NCBI GenBank assembly: GCA_044223005.1
Contig: JBGAML010000007.1
Coordinates: 32,001 to 96,000 of the forward strand
Direction: 5' to 3'
DNA: 64,000 bases
DNA from: Candidatus Eiseniibacteriota bacterium
GTDB taxonomy: Bacteria > Eisenbacteria > RBG-16-71-46
Shown here: positions 58,386-64,000 of the stretch, in pieces
How positions within the stretch are numbered: position 1 is the stretch's first letter
How the letters are laid out: each line of letters starts with the position of its first letter
The notes under the pieces: generated by a model
The model's database searches: none
The model's input: only the letters and a program-made list of their open reading frames with translations
Told to the model about the DNA's origin: nothing
Program-made: the position numbers and the translations under genes

Positions 58386-59879
58386 TCAGTGCGGCGTGGT
58401 GCGCGTGCGCATGGGCCGGGGTACGTCGAGCGCGGGCAGTTCGGCCGCGCCCTTGCTGTGGTCCACGTAGGGAGCGAAGCGGGCCATCGCGAAGCCGGGG
58501 CTCGTCTCCTTCGTGTGGCAGGCCCGGCACGTCGCTTCGGCGACCTTCCGTCTCTCGCTCGCATACGCATCGTGCGAGGTGCCCATGCCGTGGCAGCTCT
58601 CGCACTGCACGGCGGCGAGTCGCGGCGCGTCGTTGGTGGCCTGGAAGCCGCCCGCCTTGCGAAAGCCCAGCACGTGGCAGCCGACGCACGTTTCGTCGCT
58701 CTCGCGCCGCGCGTCGACCAGCGACTGCCACGCCTGCGCGTGGCGCGTGTCCTTCCATTGCGCGAGTTCGCGCGTGTGGCAACGGCCGCAGAACTCCGAG
58801 CCGAGGTAGTGGTCCGCGGGCTGGCTGCCCGCGGTGGCGCCGGCGGCGCCCGCGGCCTCGAACTGCTGCTGGCGCTCGTTCGCGAGCCGGCTCTTCTCGT
58901 CGTGGAACTGGTCCTCGAAGTGCTTCACGCTCGCGAGCATCGCGGGGGAATCCGCGACCTCGGGCCCCAGCATGACCGTGGTGTTGTCCGCGTGCTGAAC
59001 GCGCCCGGCCGCATCCAGGTCGAGCACCGTCACGCCCACGTACTGGCCCTGTTCGCCGCCGTAGCTCGCGATCGTGCTGCGGATCGTGCGGCCCTTCTCG
59101 TAGATCGGCACGTTGCGCCCGATGATCACGGCGTCGATGCCGTCCACTTCGGTGACCAGGTCTTCGGTCGAAATCTTGCCGATCTGCGAGAGCAGCACGA
59201 CCACCGTCGCACCCTTGCGGCGCAGTTCCGCCGTCGTGCGGCGGGCCGCCTCGGTCGGGTCCTCGACGATGAGCGAGTCGCGCGAGGGCCCGAGGTCGAT
59301 CTTGTCCGAGGTGATCGCGAACACGCCCACGTCGACGCCTCCCAGCTTCAGCATCCGGTAGGGCGGGAACAGCGTTTGCCGCGTCGCCTTGTCGTAGAGG
59401 TTCGCGCACGTGAGCGGCACGCCCGTCCGCTTCGCGTTCGCGACCAGGAAGCCGCGGCCGAAGCGCAGCTCGCGTTCGGTGACACCGGCGGCGGCGGTGC
59501 CGAGCGTCTTCATGGCGTCGAGCATGAACGCACCGACGGGGGCGTCGGAGTCGTCCTCGGGAAAGAAGCCGCCATCGTCGACGAGCAGCAGCGGTGCGGG
59601 ACCGGCGCGCAGGCTGTCGGCGAAGTGGGCGAGGCGCGAGAGCCCGCCCTTGGGCACGTGGCAACCGCAGGGACTCGTCTTGCCCTTCACGTCGGCGGTC
59701 GACAGCACCACGAGGCGCGTCGCGCGCGCGGGTCCTGCGCCGGAGGGCCGCGCCGGCAGCACGAGCACGCCGATCGCGGCGAGCAGCAGGGCGACGCGCA
59801 GGCGATGCCCGTTCGCGCGCGTCAGGGTCAGGCGGAGGCGAGCGGCACGCAGCCGCGACGCCATGGAAGAAGGTCGCAC
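58386..59879 (-). CDS. Secreted UshA-fold protein fused to a tetraheme c554-like cytochrome
   Basis: Paralog of 57262-58257 plus CGRCH, CVGCH, CESCH, CRACH. Confidence 0.82.
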   Translation of the reverse strand: MRPSSMASRLRAARLRLTLTRANGHRLRVALLLAAIGVLVLPARPSGAGPARATRLVVLSTADVKGKTSPCGCHVPKGGLSRLAHFADSLRAGPAPLLLVDDGGFFPEDDSDAPVGAFMLDAMKTLGTAAAGVTERELRFGRGFLVANAKRTGVPLTCANLYDKATRQTLFPPYRMLKLGGVDVGVFAITSDKIDLGPSRDSLIVEDPTEAARRTTAELRRKGATVVVLLSQIGKISTEDLVTEVDGIDAVIIGRNVPIYEKGRTIRSTIASYGGEQGQYVGVTVLDLDAAGRVQHADNTTVMLGPEVADSPAMLASVKHFEDQFHDEKSRLANERQQQFEAAGAAGATAGSQPADHYLGSEFCGRCHTRELAQWKDTRHAQAWQSLVDARRESDETCVGCHVLGFRKAGGFQATNDAPRLAAVQCESCHGMGTSHDAYASERRKVAEATCRACHTKETSPGFAMARFAPYVDHSKGAAELPALDVPRPMRTRTTPH

Positions 59880-60131
59880 GGGATCCTCCCGGAAGGATGG
59901 GAAAGCCGGAATCGACGATTCCGGTGCCGGGGTGTGCGGGCCGTACGAGGCGAGCGCTCGAACGTCAGGACGAGTGGATGGACCCGCCACCCATGGGGCG
60001 GGCCGCTCAACCGTACTCGTGGCGTTCGTGGGCGCAGTTCATGGCGCGGGAGATTGTGGCGGCCGCGCGCGCTGCGGGCAAGCGCCGAGCGCGCGAAACG
60101 TGTCCGGGAGTTGTCGGGAATCGCGGCCGCG

Positions 60132-60989
60132 CTACGGGCTCACGAGCTCCAGCGCCAGCGACCAGGGCCGCGGGGCCTCGCGGTGCCAGACGTGCAGGTA
60201 GTAGCTCGTGTCGGTCTTCGCGTCGCGCGTGACGAACCGCATGCCGTACGTGTAGCCGAGATCGCCGCTGTTGGCGACGAACTGGGCCGTCGACACGAGC
60301 TTCTCGGTGAGCGGCTCGGCGGCGAGCGAATCGCGCGCCGCGTCGTGCCCGCGGACGCCCGCGTGCCCCTCGCGCAGCAGCCACACGTCGTCGGCCGCAT
60401 GCGCGGCCAGCGCCGCGGCGCGGCCCTGCTCGGCGGCGAGCTTCGCGTACGCGGCGTCGGCCTGCCAGAGCGAGCGGCGATCGGAGAGCGGGCCCGGCGT
60501 GGTGCGGGTGCCGGGCAGCGTGCGGCGTTCGACCGTAGCCGAGTCACCCAGGTCGGGGCCCGAGACGCCCATGTCGAGCACCGCGCGATACGAGCCGTCG
60601 GCCTGCCGGCGCCACACGGTGACGAAGCGCCCGGTCGCGTCCGGCGGGCGGTGCGAGTGGTCCTTGCGCCACCACCATGGACCGGTCGTCCAGCCGATGT
60701 CGCCGGCGCCGCTCATGGTCGCGGTCGCGGGCACCCACGCGAGCAGCGCCGGCGTGGGCTTCTTCGCCGCATAGAACTTCTGCGCGTCGACCGGGCCAGG
60801 ATCGAACACCACGCTGCGCGGCGCGAGGAAGCGCACGAACGCGTCGCGCACGTTGTGGTCGGCCGCGTACTGCGCGAACGCGCGCTCGGCCGCGACGAGG
60901 GCGTCGGGCCCGATGGGCCCGACTGCGGCGATGGCGACGGGAAAGGCGGCCGTGGCCAGGGTGAGCGCGAGGAGGAGGATCCGCTTCAA
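60132..60989 (-). CDS. Secreted protein with tandem SnoaL/DUF4440 (NTF2-like) domains
   Basis: AAERAFA...GDIGWTTGP...GRFVTVWRRQ.DG; second copy SGDLGYTYG...YLHVW; TTG start after GAGGT. Confidence 0.8.
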   Translation of the reverse strand: MKRILLLALTLATAAFPVAIAAVGPIGPDALVAAERAFAQYAADHNVRDAFVRFLAPRSVVFDPGPVDAQKFYAAKKPTPALLAWVPATATMSGAGDIGWTTGPWWWRKDHSHRPPDATGRFVTVWRRQADGSYRAVLDMGVSGPDLGDSATVERRTLPGTRTTPGPLSDRRSLWQADAAYAKLAAEQGRAAALAAHAADDVWLLREGHAGVRGHDAARDSLAAEPLTEKLVSTAQFVANSGDLGYTYGMRFVTRDAKTDTSYYLHVWHREAPRPWSLALELVSP

Positions 60990-61003
60990 GTCGCACCTCG
61001 TGA

Positions 61004-61155
61004 GTTGTGCTCGGGGCATTGTTGGCGAGGGAGTCTCAATTCGTTGCCGGTCAACGGGATCCGGATGTTACAGGCGACACGTGGCCGAACGGAACCCGAT
61101 CTTGCGTCCTCCCAGGGCCCTCGCCCGGAGTGGCCAACAATCTCCCGAGCACGAC
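61004..61155 (-). mobile_element. ~152-bp TIR element, copy 2 (inverted relative to copy 1)
   Basis: Reverse complement begins GTCGTGCTCGGGAGATTG (identical to copy 1) and ends CAATGCCCCGAGCACAAC. Confidence 0.6.
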
Positions 61156-61259
61156 GCATGGGCTGGAATGGCAAGGTGTTCCGCCAACTCGGGCTCAAGC
61201 CACGGTCCCTCAGGACCGATCACTGAAACGGTATTCCGTCGCGTGTCCGGAGACCTCGG

Positions 61260-63560
61260 GTGAACCGTTCCATCGCGCGGTACTTGAAACGGAATCGGCA
61301 CCGGATCGTCGCATCGGTGACCGGGACGTTGCAGCCGGTATTCGGCCATGACCGGGCCGATGCCGAGGCCACGGCATTCGTCGATGGCCTCGCCGCCGCA
61401 TTCGTTCACGCCGACACGCTGGGCGTGCTCGACCGCATGCGCATCCGGTTCTCGGACTGGCAGCGCATGGGCGCGGATTCCGACCGGCTGCTGCGCGTGA
61501 TGCTGGCACTTGTGCGAGCGCCGTCGGACGAGGCCCGGCCGGCCGATCCGCACTGGCTGCACGACGTGCGGCCATTGCTCGACCTGGTGCCTTCGGCGAT
61601 CGTACTCGTGGACGGCGACGACCGCGTGCTCGCGGCCAACCGCGCCTTCTGCGCGCTCGGCCACGACCTCGCCGAGACGCTCGCCGGGCTGCCGCTCGCC
61701 GAGCTGCTCGTGGACGCCGACGCCGACGCGCCCGGCGGGGCTTCGGCGGGCCACGCGCGCGTGGCCCTGCGCACGCTGCCGGCGCGGCCGCTGCTCGTGG
61801 AGCGCGTGCCGCTCTCGCGGGGCGCCAACGCGGGCGCGCTCGTGATGTTCACGCCCGACGTCGGTGCGGCAATCTCCGAGGCGTCGCTCGCGGAACTGCT
61901 CGAGCGCGAGAAGCACCAGAAGGAGCAGTTTGCCGCGCTCCTCACGGTGAGCCACGCGGTGCTGGGGACGCTCGACATCAACACCGTGCTCTCCACGATC
62001 GCCAAGCAGGTCCGGCAGGTGATCCAGACCGACGAGTGCACGGTCTTCCTGTTCGACGAAGCGGAGCAGGTGCTCAAGCCAGTCGTCTGCGACGCGACCT
62101 CGTACGTGGACGAGATGATGGCGATCCGGCTGCGGTTGGGCGAGGGCATCACGGGCACGGTGGCGCTGACCGGGCGCGGCGAGATCGTGAACGATTCCGA
62201 GGCCGATCCGCGCGCGGTCAACGTGCCGGGGACGCCGCCCGAACAGTCGTCGCTGATGTGCGTGCCGCTGCTGGGGCGCGAGCGCGTCGTGGGCGTGCTG
62301 ACACTCACGAACATGGGTTCGCGCGGGTTCCAGAAGGAGGACCTGGACCTCGCCACGCTCTTCGCCGGCCAGTGCAGCGCCGCGATCGAGAACGCCCGCC
62401 TCTACGACCAGACCAAGCGCGCGTACGACGAACTGAGCGCGACCCAGTCGCAGCTCGTGCAGTCGGCCAAGCTGAACGCCCTGGGCGAGATGGCCGGCGG
62501 CGTGGCGCACGACTTCAACAACATCCTCGCCGCGATCCTCGGGCGCACGCAGCTCATGCTGCAGACGGCCGACGAGCCGGAATTTCGCCGCCAGCTGCAG
62601 GTCATCGAGCAGGCGGCGCTGGACGGCGCGCAGACCGTACGGCGCGTGCAGGAGTTCACGCGCGTCCGGCAGGACGAGCACTTCGAGACGCTCGACATCA
62701 ACAAGGTGCTGCTCGACGTGGTCGAGCTCACGCGGCCGGCGTGGGAGAGCGCGCCCAAGCGCCGCGGCATCGGGATCGACGTGCACCTCGAGCTCGCCGC
62801 CACCCGCAGCACCGCGGGCAACGCCTCCGAGCTGCGCGAGGTGTTCACGAACCTGATCCTGAACGCGGTCGACGCCATGCCGCGCGGCGGCCAGCTCACC
62901 GTGTCGACCGAGAACGGCCTCGACTCGATCCACGTGCACGTGCGCGACAGCGGCGTGGGCATGGACGAGGAGACACGCTCCAAGATCTTCGATCCCTTCT
63001 TCACCACGAAGGAGATCCAGGGTAACGGGCTCGGACTGTCGGTGGCCTACGGCATCGTGTCACGCCACCGCGGCACGATCGAGGTGCACAGCGAGCCCGG
63101 CTCCGGGACGCTCTTCACGCTCACGTTCCCGGCCGGCGTCGCCGAGCCGGTGCTCGACTCGCCCGATCCGGACGCGCCGGTGCCGCGCATGCGCGTGCTG
63201 GTGGTCGACGACGAGGAGGCCGTGCTCGAGGTGCTGGGCGACATGCTCATCGCGCTCGACATGGAGGTGACGCGCGCGCTTGGCGGCCCGGCGGGCGTCG
63301 AGGCGATCCGGCAGAAGACGTTCGACGCCGTGTTCACCGACCTCGGCATGCCCGAGGTGAACGGCTGGGACCTCGCGCACGCGGCCAAGGCCGCGCGGCA
63401 GGAAACGGCCGTCGTGCTCGTGACCGGCTGGGGCTTCCAGCTCGAGGAGGACGCCGCCACCGCGCGCGGCGTCGACCTCGTGATGGCGAAGCCGTTCTCG
63501 TGGGACGACGTCGAGGCGGTGATCCGCCACATCGGCCACGCGCCCTCGCGCGCGGCCTGA
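61260..63560 (+). CDS. Hybrid sensor histidine kinase (PAS-like, GAF, HisKA, HATPase, REC)
   Basis: GEGITG, CVPL; GVAHDFNNIL, NLILNA.DAM, FFTTK, GLGL; VVDDE, TDLGMP, KPF. Confidence 0.92.
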   Translation: MNRSIARYLKRNRHRIVASVTGTLQPVFGHDRADAEATAFVDGLAAAFVHADTLGVLDRMRIRFSDWQRMGADSDRLLRVMLALVRAPSDEARPADPHWLHDVRPLLDLVPSAIVLVDGDDRVLAANRAFCALGHDLAETLAGLPLAELLVDADADAPGGASAGHARVALRTLPARPLLVERVPLSRGANAGALVMFTPDVGAAISEASLAELLEREKHQKEQFAALLTVSHAVLGTLDINTVLSTIAKQVRQVIQTDECTVFLFDEAEQVLKPVVCDATSYVDEMMAIRLRLGEGITGTVALTGRGEIVNDSEADPRAVNVPGTPPEQSSLMCVPLLGRERVVGVLTLTNMGSRGFQKEDLDLATLFAGQCSAAIENARLYDQTKRAYDELSATQSQLVQSAKLNALGEMAGGVAHDFNNILAAILGRTQLMLQTADEPEFRRQLQVIEQAALDGAQTVRRVQEFTRVRQDEHFETLDINKVLLDVVELTRPAWESAPKRRGIGIDVHLELAATRSTAGNASELREVFTNLILNAVDAMPRGGQLTVSTENGLDSIHVHVRDSGVGMDEETRSKIFDPFFTTKEIQGNGLGLSVAYGIVSRHRGTIEVHSEPGSGTLFTLTFPAGVAEPVLDSPDPDAPVPRMRVLVVDDEEAVLEVLGDMLIALDMEVTRALGGPAGVEAIRQKTFDAVFTDLGMPEVNGWDLAHAAKAARQETAVVLVTGWGFQLEEDAATARGVDLVMAKPFSWDDVEAVIRHIGHAPSRAA

Positions 63561-63569
63561 CGCCCGGTC

Positions 63570-63620
63570 CGAAACGACGCGGCCCCGGTCCGGGAACTCC
63601 GGACCGGGGCCGCGTGCGTT
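63570..63620. terminator. 17-bp-stem hairpin between convergent genes
   Basis: ACGCGGCCCCGGTCCGG/CCGGACCGGGGCCGCGT. Confidence 0.6.
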
Positions 63621-63633
63621 GCGGCGGCGCGCG

Positions 63634-64000
63634 TCAGCGCGCGTGCATCGAAGCGTTGGCGGGCGCGCTCGGGTCGGGCAGGTCCAGCGCTTCGCGCGCG
63701 ACGGCGGCCCACGGGCGGCCGGGCCACGTGCCGTGCGCGAGGTCGCGCACGCGGCCGGCGCGGTCGAGCACGAACCATGCGGCCTGGTCGGCCCCGGAAC
63801 CCTCGTCGACCGCGTTGAACTGCGCCGCGATCACGCCACGCGGGTCGGGCACGATCGAATAGCCGAGTCCCAGCCGGCGCGCGGTCGCGGTACAGGCTCC
63901 GGCCCGCTGGTCGATCACCGCGACGGGCACGACGCCGAGCGCGAGCAGCGCGGCGCGCTCGTTCTCGAGCGCCACCATCTGCGCGTCCTCGGGGGCGATC
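63634..64000 (-). CDS. Redoxin/AhpC-TSA-like thioredoxin-fold protein, 5' partial
   Basis: LGYSIVPDP.G.IA.QF, WFVLDRAGRVR; frame is open to the window end. Confidence 0.55.
   Translation of the reverse strand, partial: IAPEDAQMVALENERAALLALGVVPVAVIDQRAGACTATARRLGLGYSIVPDPRGVIAAQFNAVDEGSGADQAAWFVLDRAGRVRDLAHGTWPGRPWAAVAREALDLPDPSAPANASMHAR

Noticed and set aside
57262..59664. 800-aa ORF suggesting a fusion or frameshift between the two UshA-like genes
   Set aside because: Its N-terminal part is an off-frame shadow; the second gene has its own GGAGG plus GTG at 58257 and a signal peptide
61169..61184. TGGCA...GC sigma54-like box upstream of the hybrid kinase
   Set aside because: GG to GC spacing is one base too long and TTGC is missing

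Overview
Very GC-rich bacterial chromosomal DNA (roughly 70% by eye) from a diderm organism. FlgD-type Ig C-terminal domains, spoVG and the smc-ftsY gene order suggest an FCB-related lineage such as Ca. Eisenbacteria, but this is inference only. Positions 1-28 kb are mostly housekeeping: a UbiA-family transferase, ispE, spoVG, tRNA-Gln, prs, rplY, pth, rpsF, ssb, rpsR, DUF2232, rplI, envelope genes, a liv ABC transporter, selA, smc, ftsY, radC, archease and a cold-shock gene. Positions 28-64 kb are accessory or metabolic: a kinase with a degenerate NtrC-like regulator, amtB, an aminotransferase-transketolase pair, TMEM175, a PLD-family protein, secreted FlgD-tailed proteins, murJ, c-type cytochromes, comM, two tandem UshA-like proteins and a hybrid kinase. 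I saw no rRNA, CRISPR array, transposase or prophage gene. The most notable items are: (1) a tandem pair of UshA-fold proteins that have lost the metal ligands and carry a CGC-H motif, one fused to a tetraheme cytochrome, with a shared upstream operator-like motif; (2) two copies of a ~151-bp element with terminal inverted repeats; (3) structured leaders upstream of amtB, the csp gene (with an internal terminator) and smc; (4) an apparent CTG start for murJ; (5) amtB reading through its own terminator-like hairpin. All family calls come from recognising motifs by eye; no searches were run.
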